NCBI GenBank assembly: GCA_013265495.1
Contig: MU058718.1
Coordinates: 4,299,648-4,363,647 of the forward strand
Length of the DNA stretch: 64,000 nt
Reading direction: 5' to 3'
Origin: Vicugna vicugna
Taxonomy: Eukaryota
The notes beneath the pieces are model-generated. The model had not been told where the DNA came from. It made no database searches and worked only from the letters and a program-made list of their open reading frames with translations. Made by a program: the position numbers and the translations under genes. Of the stretch, positions 14,488-30,238 are shown piece by piece; within the stretch, counting starts at the first letter, position 1; the number at the start of each line of letters is the position of its first letter.

Positions 14488-16183
14488 TTCTGCATATTAG
14501 TGCTTTACCAACACTACAACCATAAAGAACACAATTCCAAGTACTGTACTTTTTAGTTTGGGGAGATCACAGTCTACAGACTCATTTACTTATATCAGAC
14601 AAGATTAACCTCATTCAAGACTTACTGCAGTTTAGAAATTCACATAAAATACAGAAATTGATGCAATTAAACAAAAACTTCAGGATCTTATTTCTTAAAT
14701 TCTTAGGTTGTAACTTTTTCTGCAGGCTATAATTAGCTGCCCCATGATCACCAATGGTTATGGTTCAATTTAACTACATCAATTATCAACCTCTTATGTC
14801 CTTAAAGAAAATGTAAGAGAAAATTACAGTTTCTTGTCAAAAGGTTTAAGGTTTTCCAAATTTCAAATATTTGCTTCCCCCTCCCCCCACCTTCAGTTAG
14901 ACATTTCAAATAAACTAAAAATAACCACATCTCACCTGCAACATTCCATAGCAATCACTTGATGTATAAAATCTTAACTATGCCCCCAGTTATTTTAAGA
15001 CACAAAAAAATGGCTGCCTATCAATCTGTCACAAGTTAGAAATACTACATTAAAGAATTAACATGAGGGTTTCAAGTTTCCTCCAGTTTAGGCATTCATA
15101 CCTTTGTGCTTGTCTTAAGATGTTACTGTAACATTGATATTTGTATAGCCCATGTTTATGTACCTTAATATGTAATCATTTGAAATACCAGTAATTAAAT
15201 TTATGATGGAGCTCTGGGAATTTTAAAAGCAACTAAAATGTTCTTAGATGTGTGTCAGCTTCATTTTTAGAGACACTTCTACTCAAGTGAAACTGAGAAC
15301 TTTATACTTCAGTTGCGTTTTGAATTCAAAAATTCCCCCGCACCATTAGGAGCCTACAACATAGCACCTTTTCTCATCTGCTTTAAGTAAAATGTTTGTC
15401 AAGTGTTTTACTTTGAAGAGTTAATTTTTCATAGCCTTATGCTTCTCATACGTCTTTGGTAAAAGCTCCATTATACAATATGGCCAAAGTATGAAGGACC
15501 AATGCTGTCCAATCATATACCATGATATCCCGCTCAACTTTAGTTTTCAGACACCCTCATAAACGAAACCTACTCCACCTTTTCCTGTAGACTGCCTTTG
15601 CAGTCTACATTTCTGAAATTCCCTAAGTTTAATTCCTTGAGGATCTCTTAAAATTAATCCTTAAGGCTGTGTAAGAACCAGATGCTGCTGCACAATTCTG
15701 TATCAAGCGTTAACATTTGGTTCAAAGTATTATCATAGTGGTCTCAATAATCTAGTTACTGGTCCTAACCAGCTAAGCAAGTAATCTTGTTAGGATCTGG
15801 GTATCACCAGTGTACACACTGCTTACCCTTGAAGAAAAATAAGTTTACATTCATTGTCATCTGTAGGTTCTTTCTCTACATCCTACTTTCCCTCTGCCAT
15901 TCCTCAAGTCTACACATCATTCATTCATCACATTTCCTTCCTTAAAGGAGATGGTGTTATTATTGAACCAACAGGATATCTGACGATTTGCATGAGTTAA
16001 TCCTACAAACAGAATAACTTTTTTTATAAAACTTCTTTTCCAGTGTTCTAATTAATGGACATATGGATCATTAATCTATAAAAAAAAAAGACATTATCTT
16101 CAGCTTAATCAGTTGCTGTAATGTGGAAACGAATTTTTTTTCCAACTATGTAAAAGGTGCATATAATTTGAATTGTTAAAGAC

Positions 16184-16189
16184 TTTATT
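16184..16189 (-). terminator. Candidate proximal polyadenylation signal AATAAA of ARF6
   Basis: TTTATT on plus, about 1 kb after the stop codon. Confidence 0.5.
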
Positions 16190-17207
16190 AATGAACAAAG
16201 TAAACATCCTAGCAATTTTAAAACTATTGGTCTTAAGATATTTGAAACATGGTAAAAGTATATATTCCAGTTTTGCCCAAAGTCACTTAAAATATCTACA
16301 AATATTTGTGTGTGGCATACACCATTATTGCTCCATTTTCTGGAAGAGTCTATTTTTAAAGTTTAAAAAGAGGGAAAACACAGCAAAGCTGCTAACTTTG
16401 CAGTGGTAAAAATCTATGTACTTGACAGGTTACACTTTTCTATTTTTATGCAGTGTAAGTTAGCTATGTAACGGGGAACTTGAGTTTTATCTTTACTCAC
16501 GCATGATGTATGTTTCAGAACTTAATAGCTGACATTTCAAAGTACTTTTTACATTACCTGTTTTAACATATTGATGTGCAACTGGAACATATTGCAGTAT
16601 TACTCATTATTTGCCATTGTGAGCTAAGTTTACTTTACTGGTCTCAGATATAAAAGGTCACATTTGAATTTCCTAAGTTAAAGTTAGAACTCATAAAGGA
16701 GGGGGAAAGGCCTTAAATATAAAAGACAAACGGCAGTTTGATTAAGCAATAATTTTCAGTTTACTAGATGAAACAGACTTGCAACATAGTCTGCATGAAT
16801 GCAAAATAAGCCATCTACAGCAAGTGATAAGGAAACTGGGCAAAAGGAAAAAAGCATACATTGGAAAAGAAGATTTTCTCAAAATAAAAAAATCAAACCA
16901 TTATTATAAAGGAATTGACCAAGACCTGCTATATTTCCCCCATCCCATTTGCTGGAAGTCAACAAGAGCATCTAGCACTTTGTGTTCATGTCAAAAGTCA
17001 GATCAGAGCATCCTAACGCAAAGCAAAAAAAAAGAAAAAGAAACAAAAAAGAAAAACCCCTAACCCCCTCCCCCAAACCGTAGAACTGTAACTCCAGAGT
17101 TCAAATTCAAAAGAAGAGAAAGTGGCAATTGAAAGAGGTGATGGTGGCGATAATCCTATGAATGGGTTTGATTTCTCTCCTTCTGGGGGATGGGCGGAGA
17201 ATGCTCA

Positions 17208-19000
<1,793 letters not shown>

Positions 19001-20090
19001 TTGGGTTTGCTCTGAAGCCCGTCTTTGGGTGTTTGAACCCTATTTTACACATCTTGTCGGGACCAGTCCACGTTTCTTAAAAATTACAGTATTATCAGAA
19101 GTTCCCGTACCTTGCCGGGTTTTCAGCTTTTTAGAAGGTGATCGTTTTTCGTACTTAAATATCATCTCCCTTCATGTGATTAGTAGTAGGTTTTCACCCA
19201 CCCACTCCTTCTTAACTTTAAGAAGCCTCGACGATATAATCTTAACAGAATTTAGGATCAGATTACTTCCTGGATTTGGGCATTTAATCTTACTGGGTTT
19301 GTTATCTCATGTGTAAACCGAGTGTAATACTGACCTTGCTGTCTGCAACCCCATCTGAGGGTTAAATAATACGTATAATGTTTGTAGAAGACTTCAGGAA
19401 ACTTTGTATCAAAGGGTTAGTTATAAAGTTAGACTTAAAGTTTCAAACAGGTGAAAGCTTCAAATATATGAACAAAGGGAAGAAAAACGGGAAGTAGTCG
19501 GTTTTTTTTAAAAAGATGCTGTAGTAGCATAAGATAACATACTTTTAATTTCACAATTTAAGAAAATTTGATGATGGTAGCTTGATTAAATGATAAACTT
19601 AAAAGCTTCAGCCTGAAGTAATTACTAAAGTTATTAATATGCTGGCAGTGATTTAATTTACTTAAAGTCTTCCTTAGTATGCACTGGCTTAAAACTGAAA
19701 GGATTTAGAACCAGAAGATTGGGGTTCAGCATGTCACCCCTCCATTTTATAGCCATGAATCCTTTCAACCTTTGTAAACTTCACTTTCTTTATCTGTTGA
19801 ACCAGATGAAGAGTATCATCACAAATGAAAATAGTCACTTTTTATTGATTGTTATGCTAAACACTACTAAATACTTAAAATATTTTATTTTAATCTGCAC
19901 AGTAACTGTTTGAGGTAGCTTCCAAAATTAAAATTTTACTTAGGAGGAAATAGGGTCAGAGAGGTTGAGTAATTTTCTGAAGGTCACAGAGCTGAGATTA
20001 AATGATGACTCATAGCTCATCCTTTTAACCCCAAAATTATGCTCTCTCCTTGAGTACTTCACTCAGTTGTTTTAATGCTTGATTACAGTA

Positions 20091-20302
20091 TACTTGACCT
20101 TTGAACAACACAGGTTTGAACCACACAGGCCCACTTGTACTTGGATTTTTTCAATAAATGCGTACTACATTACTATGCAATCCACGATTGGTTGAATTCA
20201 TGGATGCAGAGCTTGGGATGTGGGGGGCCTGACTGGGAAGTTATCCTCAGAACTTGAACTGCATTGGGGTCAGCCCCCATCTCTTTGTTGAAGGATCAAG
20301 TG
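20091..20302 (+). mobile_element. Tigger2-family non-autonomous DNA transposon
   Basis: TIRs TACTTGACCTTTGAACAACAC ... TTGTTGAAGGATCAAGTG, TA-flanked; same family as 12854-13069. Confidence 0.7.
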
Positions 20303-22629
20303 TATTTCTTAAAATTCTTTGTAACTATAAATAAAGTGCCTTAATAATTGTTGTTATATTTGAGGAAGGGGTCCTTTTACTGTGACAAATATAGGTGAGT
20401 GCTGTATTTTGTTTCATTCCAGCAATAGTTTTCTCAGAGCACGTGCCAGTTTTTCCCAGTAGATGTAAGATTGATCTGTTGGACTTGGATTTATTTTTCA
20501 GTGGAAGGTATGAAATAATTAAAAACAGAAACAACCTGAAGCACTAGTATGTATTTGGCACTGACACTGCGCTAGGGCTAAAAAGATTATTTTTGAAAGA
20601 ACCTTCCATTTACATTCCACCACAATAAATGGAGGCAGAGACTTTGCCCCCAGTGATGACAGAATATCCCCAGTGACAACATGTAGGTATCAGGAAATCA
20701 GTCACTATTTGAATGAATAAATGCCCTTTAGACCACAGATAAGACAATACAAAAGAGAAAGGCACATAAGTATCTTTTTCCAGGAGTTTGAAATAATAGG
20801 TAAGTTGACAAGCTTTTCACACAGTGGCCTATCTTACAATAGCTCATCATACGATACATTATTTTAAGTAATAATCATGAAACAAAACAAGTAATAGTGG
20901 CCAGAATATAAATACAGACAGTGAAATTTTTGAACTTTGTATGTATAACTCTGGCAATCTTTAAAGTGAATTTCAATAAAACCAAAATGTCTGCAAAAAG
21001 TAACAATTTAGGCAACTACTAAATCATACCACTTGATAAAACATTTTGTTTTCTTGAGTCCTTCTTGAAACAATTCAAAAGGTAAATTTCAGTTCTAAAA
21101 ATATTTTAGTGAAATATTTTACAAATAAGCTAAAAATTACATTTATGAAGCAAAATGCTAGATTTCTCAGTTTGTAATCTGTTTCACTATTTTAAGTTTT
21201 AGAGACAAATGAATGCTCCAAAGACTGATATAGAAAAATTGATCTCTGCTTTTTAATTCGAAGTCTGCAAACAGAGGGATTTCTCCAGCTTGCTTTCAAA
21301 TCAGTCTTCCCTTTAAGAAAACACCGTTTCATGATTTCTAATCTGTTCAACAGCCACATACTATATTCCTGACTATAACACCATCTTATAAGAAAAATAT
21401 TTACTTTCATAAAATGGCTTAGCTTTCCACTTTTAAAATGAAATAAGACTTCTTTAACAGTAGCACCCAAGGCTATTTACCCCTATTTCTAAATTCCTGT
21501 ATCTTTTAAAAATCACTCACTCTATATGACTCTGTCACATACTTCTTTCTGTTCTGTGCAGGGCAAGGGAAATTCTGACCACACTGCAAGGGTGGGCTGA
21601 CCAATACCTATTTGAGGAAGATATCGCACCTTGCTTATGGCTTCATTTTGAGCCCTTAGTCCAGATTCACCCAGAACTGAGCCCCAGGAAACCTGTTAGT
21701 TGTAGAAATAAAGAGTAAATAAGCTATAACAAAGTATGTCTTTAGAAAAATTTCTAATCCTTTCCAACTGAAATGAGTTAAGGCAAGAAAATTAGTTCTC
21801 TCTTGATATTATACTTATGTGTTAAAAGGTCTCAGAGAGGTTTCATGTCCTTTTCACTTTAGAATCCTTAGTATCCAGCAAAATGCCTGGTGTACAGTGA
21901 AATAAAGTTTCAAACATTTTTGATGATAACACAGTAAAGATTGAGACTCAAAAATGAAACTAAAAAATCCAGTGAGTACTATGAAAACAAATCATTATTA
22001 TTTATAAGTATTCATGATAACGTTAATGGATGCAAATATTTTAAAATGCTTAGAGGGACACTATGGGAACCAGAATGAGAATTCTCTCCCTCTTCCTCTC
22101 CCTATGTCAGATGAGGAACCACTTTCTAGGTCTTCCTCTTTAACCATAAAAAAAATTTACATCCCAATCAAAACATTGATAATTACTTTCATCTCCTTTT
22201 CAGTAATATGAGAAATGAGAAAGATAGAACTAAACCCAAAAGTTTGAATTACAGTCGACATTTTAGCTAATTGTTTAATAGTTATGGTTTCAGACCATAA
22301 AAATAAACACAGAGGCAACATGGTCTAGTGGCACAAGTGAATAGAAAAAGCTGAGTAACATCCTTAACTTACTCCCAACACTTACTGACCTCGGTTTAAC
22401 GTGGGTAATGTGTTCATCCTCATCGAGCACCAATTTCTCTGTTCCTGCAATAGAGAAATCTCTCTTAATTGATTAAGCCAGTATGTATTATTTCCCTTTA
22501 CAGTTGAAGGAGCTGAGGCACTGAGAAAATAACCAACTTTCTTAAGCTCAGTAAATGCTAAAAAGGAGATTCACATTAAGATTTTTTTTATCTAAGTCTG
22601 GTGTTCTTTTCTCTATTGTGTGAACTCAG

Positions 22630-22800
22630 GAAAGTGGACTAAAATTAAAATCAGCTGGGGCATTTTTAAACCACGTCAATGCTTGGGCCCCACTCCAGAT
22701 CAACTAAGTCAAAATATCTGTGATAGAGGTCCTACCCACCAGTATTTTTTAAGGCTCCCTGAGTGATTCTAATATGTAGCTAAGATTGAGAACCACTGAA
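22630..22800. mobile_element. MER5-like hAT element
   Basis: GGGCCCCACTCCAGA...GTGATTCTAATATGTAGC...TTGAGAACCACTG. Confidence 0.65.
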
Positions 22801-23861
22801 CTAATTGCTAACTTCCCTTCACGTCAAAATTCTATGAATTCTGAACTCTGCTTATTTTATTATTCCTCATCCCCAAGATATATGCCCCCCCCACACAATT
22901 TCCTGCATAATATAGTGCAACACTACTTTAATCACAATAATCCTTTGTAACTTCACCAGGCATTAGACCTATCAGACAAAGGCATAAATCTGAGATTCTT
23001 GCAAAACAGTGTTTTGAAAATATACTATCAATTATAGCTAAATTTATTGAATTATTCATAGAACACTAGCAACTAGTCAGCACCATAATGAAGAGAAAGT
23101 AAGAATACTTGGCAACCACAGGATGATTGAAGTCGTAAGCTCCTTCTGACAGTTCCTAAACTAAAACTTGTCTGTGGACACTTGCAATCTTGCTGCCCAG
23201 TATGCAAACGCTTCCTGTTTGACTTAATCACAAATTAGGCAGAAGGAAAGCTGAAGGGATGCAAATAGATGTTCCCTTTCCTATCTCTCTGGTAGCTAGG
23301 ATTTGGGTATGTGAACTGGGCTCAACCAATTAGGTATCAATGTTTTAGTCCAGCTTTTGAATTTTGAGAGATTCAAAATTCCAGAGTGACTGGGACAAGT
23401 GTCCAGAGTGACTGAGTCCAGCAGCCTGGTGGCAGATATCCAGTGGCAGAAGTACCCATGACAACAAGTGTCAGAGTGAAAGCACCAGCAGGACATGTCT
23501 AAAGCCATCGAGTCTCTGGCACAGTCCTAGCAATGCTCTTCTACCCTGTCTCTACAGCCTTCCCAACAGTTCTGTGGGCCTTCTTGATACACTGCCAACA
23601 AAATTATTTCCTGCTCAAGTTAACCAGGGTCAGTTTTTCTTGATTGTGAATAACTACCCTGAATAGTACACAATTTAAGATTGCAAAATAAAATCTTTAA
23701 CCAATATTGTACAAATTGGACATCTAATTATGTTAGTAATTTTCCCATTAGGTGGTCACTTGAAAATAGAATCAGACAAGTAAAATTATAGAATCATCAT
23801 CGTTTCTGAGCTACTAAAATCTATGTTCCTTTCATGGAAGTTTATGAATGTATTGCCTTCT

Positions 23862-23991
23862 TTTTTTATTCTTATTTTTTGAGGGGAGGTAATTAAATTT
23901 TTATTTATTTATTTTTAATGGAGGTGCTGGTGATTGAATGCAGGACCTTGTGCATGCTAGGCATGCACTCTACCACTGAGCTACACCCTCC
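23862..23991 (-). mobile_element. tRNA-derived SINE (camelid Vic-1-like)
   Basis: Minus strand reads GGAGGGTGTAGCTCAGTGGTAGAGTGCATGCCTAGCATGCACAAGGTCCTG..., then an A-rich tail with AATTACCTCCCC. Confidence 0.8.
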
Positions 23992-24959
23992 TGCATTGAA
24001 TGTGTTGTTTTCAAGTCAACTAGTTGAATCGCTGAGAAACATTTCATGTCTTGGAGCTATCTATAGCATCCCCTGTTAAGAAGAAGCATATAATCTCAGA
24101 AATTTAATTTTCAATATCAGAAGAGTATTTTTAAGCTAAAGTGAGATTATCACTTCAGCCTAAACTAATGAAGAGTTTACAATATTGGTGCTTTGAAAAA
24201 GAGTTTTGAACAGAGGCTAAGTCGTTCAGACTGCTTAATTGACTGAATACTCCAAACCTTGTAATTAAGTAATAGTACAACAGTGCGTGTGGTGTTTGCA
24301 GTAATAGTTGTTGGGCCCTGTGCTGTCAGTTACTCAGACGTGTTGTTATTATGCAGTAACATACTGTATAGTGATGTGTTGATGCACAATGTGCTCTTCA
24401 GGAAGACATTCAAGGGACAGCAAAGATCTGAGGGCTAAAATCCCTGCACTGTATAGTGGTTCCAGTTTTAAATTTCCTAGCTTAAAGGTTTTGTCTTTTG
24501 CTTTGTCTTGTTTTGTTTCTGTTTTTGTTTTCCCTTATTGGTAGACATATAAGAAGAAATATAAGCAAAACACTGGCCTCCAATTGGTGAATGAGTCGCA
24601 GTGGTACTAAACAAGTAGATTTACTAATTAAGGCATCATGCAACATCAGCTCTCTATATAACTTTTTGCCTCTAGCCTAGTATTTTGCATTCCATCTGCC
24701 TTACTCTGACTTGCTGGTTAGAGATTTGGCTTCTCAAGGAGATCCTTCTAACAGCTAGACTGGTGGTAAAAGAAAAGTGGAAGAATTTTCCATGTTACAG
24801 AATCCAGAGACAAGAATTATTCTTTCAAATCTCAAGAAACAGTTGGTAAGCCAGTAAATTTACAATTATGTATAGATTAGAAACCAAATAAAATGGTTTT
24901 AAATGCTACCCACGGCTGCTTCAAAGAGAGAAAATAAATGAATAAATTAGAAAGTGAGT

Positions 24960-25042
24960 AGGAAATAAGAAAGGATGCAAGGAAGGAAAGAAGATAGAAG
25001 GAAAAAAGGAAGGGAGGGAGGAAGGAAGGAAAAAAGAAAGGG
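24960..25042 (+). repeat. Purine-rich (GGAA/GGGA)n low-complexity tract
   Basis: Seen directly in the sequence. Confidence 0.8.
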
Positions 25043-26899
25043 TTGTATTGAAAAGTAGAGTGTGGTAATGTTGTAAACTGATATCCTAACCTAATCCAAA
25101 ACCCAGCTTTGAGCTGAAAGGAAGAATTCCTTAGAAAATCATAACCAGGTAGATTTATGCAAAACTTCTTCCTCCATAACCTTTTAAAAAATGTTTCTTT
25201 ATGGGTACCAAGAACAAATGGTGGAAAAGTTTTTGCTGCTCAGTACCTTTGGACAATCAGGATATAATTTTCTGTTGTTGCTCCTACTCTAATATACAGT
25301 TCTGAGCACAATGACCAAGATTTATGAATGTGGAAATGGTTGTAAAATCCCAGGTAAATGTTACACTATAACCAATTTCACAAAGAGCTTAGCTGGTCAA
25401 AATTTATGAGTTTGTTTTGTTTCCATTTCAAGTAAGAAAGATTTATATTCCAAAAGGCTTAGAAAGACACCTACTGGATTGTATGTCCACAAATAATAGC
25501 CAGATAACATAAGCCTGCTGAGCTAAAGACTGGCTTCCGGGGTAACGTTACAATTTCATAAACCAGGGTCGATGGTGCTGTGAGTCTCTCTGGTGAACTA
25601 GGGGAACGATTCCTGTGCTCTCTTCACCATGAGAAGGTCTGCTACCCTGTGTGCTGACTTCCCAAATTAAGTAGATTAATGCTGGAAAAGGAAAGTTCTA
25701 GAGCCTGTGAAGCAGTTTCTGATGTTCGATTTTATTTCCAAATGTAAAAATGGATCTTTCTGCTGCTTATTATATCTTTTTAACATTACAAGAAACATAA
25801 GTCATGAATTCGGCTTGCTTACACAGGAGTAAGACAGGTTATGTAAGGTTAACGTGGGACTTTTAACAATTTCAATACGGATAAGTCATTAAAGGCATAT
25901 CAAATTTCTAAGACTAGAACAGGATAACCAGTGTACTGGACACTTCTAGGCTGTCTTTGGAAATGGCCACTCCATCCATAGGAATACAGGAGTAGACTCC
26001 TGGTTTTTCCATGTGATCCCCTCCACACAGACATCTTTGGCCATGCCAGCTGGACCACAGGTAGACTCATTATCTTAATTTGCTAATTGGATTCTTATTC
26101 CTGAGAATTTAAAATCAGATCTGAAGGAAGACCATATCAGTCTGCCTCTTCCCAGGTGGTCCACATCCTGTTAACTAGGCTCTACATCACAGCCATATTC
26201 TGCTTTCCTTACTGGGTGGCAGACAGAGTTAGTTTTGGGGGAGAAAGAAAAAGCAGATGTACAGAGAGAAGCAGAAATGAAACAGATTACTCCTCAGGCT
26301 CCATCGCACAGTTCCAGGCCCTTCCTGGAGTCTGTCTCCATATTAACCCTTGAGTTTTATGAGACACCTATATCTTTGTATAAAACTACCTTTCTTTTTG
26401 CTAAATCAAGCTCCAGTAGACTTCTGTTACTTATAAATAAAAGTTATAGCTTTACCAAATGTGTCAACATAAAGTAGTGTGCAAGCAAAACAAAATTTTA
26501 ACAATGAAATAACATAAATATATCAGTCACAGACTTTGATGCTTCGTGGAGAATTACAATATATATGATATAATAATACCTAATGTAAAATAAATGTATA
26601 CTACCTTCACTGTTACATAATAAAACCACCATTAGAATTAAGAGTAGGTAGTGGTGGACTATTGATAAATCTATTTCAGTTTATAAAAAGCTCTGCACTG
26701 GTCTATGATCTGGTCTTTTGACCTATCCCTGAATTGCTTTATAGGGCTCTTAGAATAATTTAATGCATTCCTTTATGCTGCAGCAGTAGTTCTCTTAATG
26801 TGGGAGGAAAAGGGACATCGTGGAATTGCTGGGGGACTTTTTCAGTCAATGTCATTTCCCCTGAACAGAAGGTAATCATAAAAATTAATACAGTCCACT

Positions 26900-29604
26900 T
26901 TAATACAGCATACTCCATTTAATTACTCCCTCTAAATACAACTAAAAACCCCTGGATATTACATATAAAACAAGCATAAGCAGACTCTGAAAGATGGAGA
27001 GAAGAAGGCAGACTGACTGGGGATCTAGAGACACAAGGAATGACATGATGGTGAGTTCCCTGCATTTTCTTTTTGCCTCATGTACCCCTCCTTGGAGCTG
27101 AGGAAGCTGGCAACCTGGAAATGCTAAAAAGCTTCAGGAAAAGTATGCTCTCTCTAGACAAAGGATTAGAAAAGGGGCAACCTAAGGAGAGAGAAAACTT
27201 CTAGAAAAATAACCACTTTACTCCAGCCAAAACCCAAAGAAAAAGCTGTAGCCCCACCTTCACCCATGGTAGCAAGGGCCAGGTGAGCAGCCTAGACTTC
27301 CATCCTTGCCAGGCTGTTAACGAGGTGCCCTATCTCCTGCCTCCTCACCAGGCAGAGCAGGGAATGGGGACTTTCATCTCCATCAGGTGCTGATGAGCCC
27401 TACCCAAGCCCCTGGTGGCAATGGAGTCCACAGGAGGAGCCAGGGCTTCCACCTCCACTTGATATTAAGGAAGTGTGGATTCTCCTTTCTGCTGGGGTTG
27501 TAGCAAAGGAGACCTACTGGGGAGTCAGAATTTTTAGCATATGGAGGCCAGCCCTGTCTCCCACCATTACCCTACTCATCCCCAACACTGCTCACCCCTG
27601 ATGGTTTGGTGTCATTGAAAACCATGTGGGGCACACTAATGAGGTACTTCTACCTCTTCCAGCCAGGGAAGCATCACTGGAGGCTTAATGGGGAGCCCAG
27701 CAGTAACAAGGAACCACCCCTCTAGGCTGTCAACAGAGTCCTAGTGAGGAACCTGGACTTCTCTTTCCACCTGGCAGTAATGAGGTGGTGCTCCACTTTC
27801 CCTGTTGGAGAGGTATTAGAGAAAGCCAGCTAAAACAGAAGGTTAAATAAGATCCAGAGTCTTACATTACCCAAAATATTCAGTTCTCAACCAATCACTC
27901 ATTATTCTAAAAAAGTCATCAAATTCTCAAATGAAGATCTCAGACTGAATGAAAAAAGGCAATCAATAAATGCCAAGACCAGTATGACAAAGATGTTAGA
28001 ATTATCTGACGATTTTACAGCAGCCATCATAAAAATGCTTCAATGAGCAATTGTGAACATGCTTGAAACAACTGAAAAAATAGAAAAGTCTCAGTAAGAG
28101 ATAGAAAATAAAAGAAAAAACCAAATGGAACCTTTAGAACTTAAAAAATATAATAACTGAAATAAAAATCTTAGTGTATGGGCTCAAAACAGAACAAAAG
28201 GGCCAGAGGAAAGAATCAGTGTAGTGGAAGATATAACAATAGAAATTACTTGATCTGAACAACAGAGAGCAAATAGAATTTTTTTTAATGAGAAGAGCCT
28301 CAGAGACCTGTGTGATTATAACAAAACTTCTAATATTCGTATCATTGGACTCACAGAAGGAAAGGAGAAAGAGGGTGGACTAAAAAAAGTTCCCAAAGAA
28401 ATAATGTCTAAAAACTTCCCAAATTTGGCAAAACACATAAACCTACAGATTCAAGAAGCTGAACAAACTTCCAACTAGGATAAATCTGTGAGGAAACCCA
28501 CATCAAGATACATTATAGTCAAACTTCTGAAAACTAAAGACAAAGAAAACATATTGAACAAAACCAGGGAAAAACAGCACTTTACCTTCAAGGGAAAAAA
28601 CAACTGTTTTTATTTAACAGTTTATTTAAATAACAGTGGGTTTCTTATCAGAAACCATAGAGGCCAGGAGGAAGTGGCATAACATTTTTTTTTTTAATAC
28701 TGAAAGAACTGTCAACCCAGAATCCTATATCCAGTGAAAATATCTTTGGGAAATAAACGGGAAATCAAGATATTCTCAGATAAAGGAAAACTAAGAGAAT
28801 TTCACCAGCAGATCTATCCTAAAATATGGCTAAAAGAAATTGGAAGTTCTTTGAACAGAAAGGAAAGAATTTTTTAAAAGAGACTCTTGGGACATCAGGA
28901 AGGAAGAAAGAACATAGTAAGCAAAAATATAGGTAAATGCAATAGATTTTCTTTCTCTACTTGAGTTTTCTCTATTACGTTTGATGACTGCAGCAAAAAT
29001 TTATAACACTGATGTGGTTCTAAATGTATGTGGAGAAATAGTAAATACAGTTATAAATATTATAAAAGGAACGTAAATGTGTGAAGCAAAAACTGATAGG
29101 ACTGACAGAAGAAATAGATCAATCCACAGTTGGAGTTGCACATGTCAATAGCTCTATGCAATAATTGATAGAATAAACTAGACAGAAAATCAACACAGTT
29201 ATAGAAAAACTCAACAACAGCATCAACCAACAAGATATAATCAACAATTACAGAATATTTCACCTAACACCACAGAATACATATTCTTATCAAATGCCCA
29301 TGGAATATTTACTAAAATAGACAATATCCTGGGCCATAAAACAAATCTCAACAAATTTAAAAGAACTATACATCATACAGAGTATATTCTTCATCCACAG
29401 TGGAATCAAACTAGAAATCAATAACATAAAGATAATAGGAAAATCTCAAAATGCTTGGAGACTAAATAACACACTTATGAATAATTCATGGGTCAAAGAA
29501 TAAGTCTTAAGGGAAAGAAAAACACCTTGAAATGAATGAAAAATGAAAATACAGTGTATAAAAATTTGAGCTAAAGCAGTGCTGAGAGGGAAATTTATAG
29601 CACT
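26900..29604 (+). mobile_element. Old L1 5' portion (5'UTR, degenerate ORF1, endonuclease region of ORF2)
   Basis: ORF 28488..28682 TSRYIIVKLLKTKDKENILNKTREK resembles L1 ORF1p. 29080-29600 has endonuclease-region DNA (AAAATAGACAATATCCTGGGCCATAAAACAAATCTCAACAAATTTAAAAG). Confidence 0.85.
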
Positions 29605-30238
29605 ATTTCCAAAACTTTTTCGTCATTTAAAAATAGAAACTTTATGTCCATTAAACAATAACCCTCATTCTCTTCTCCCCTCAACTTCTCTCTACTGTTT
29701 GTCTCTATGTATTTGCCTTTTCTAGAGATTTCATATAAGGGATTCATAAATATTTGTGTTCCGGCATATTGCACTTAGCATCATGTTTTCAACGTTCATC
29801 TATGTGTAGCATGCATCAGAATTTCATTCCCTTTTATGGGTAATGGTCCATAATGCCACATTTTGTTCAACCAGTCTTCTGTTGGGACACTTGGGTGGTT
29901 TCCACCTTTTGGCTAATTAAATAATGCTGCAGCAAACATCCGTATACAAGTAACTGACTCCTGGTTTTCAATTCTTTGAGGTATACACCTAGAAGTGGCA
30001 TCACTAGACCATATAGTAATTGTATCTTAAACTTTTTGAGGAACTGCCAAACTGTTTTTCATAGCAGCTGCCCCATTTTTCATTCCCACCAACAGTGCTT
30101 AAGAGCTCCCCACATTCTTGCCAACACTTGTTAATATCCAGTTTTATTTTGTTTTCTAATTTATAGTGATCCTAGTAGGTGTGAAGTAGTATCTCATTGT
30201 GGTTTTGATTGCATTTCCTTAATGACTGATGATGTAGA
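29605..30238 (-). mobile_element. L1 3'-end fragment, inverted relative to the adjacent L1
   Basis: TTTTGAGGAACTGCCAAACTGTTTT...CATTCCCACCAACAGTG...GTATCTCATTGTGGTTTTGATTGCATTTCC. Confidence 0.85.

Larger units (their letters stand above)
14462..17207 (-). other. ARF6: ARF6 3'UTR (long form); end approximate
   Basis: AU-rich stretch with no recognisable transposon, running from the stop codon to an AATAAA at 14482-14487, followed by GU/U-rich sequence (TCACGTTATGTTACTCGTTTG on minus). Confidence 0.7.
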
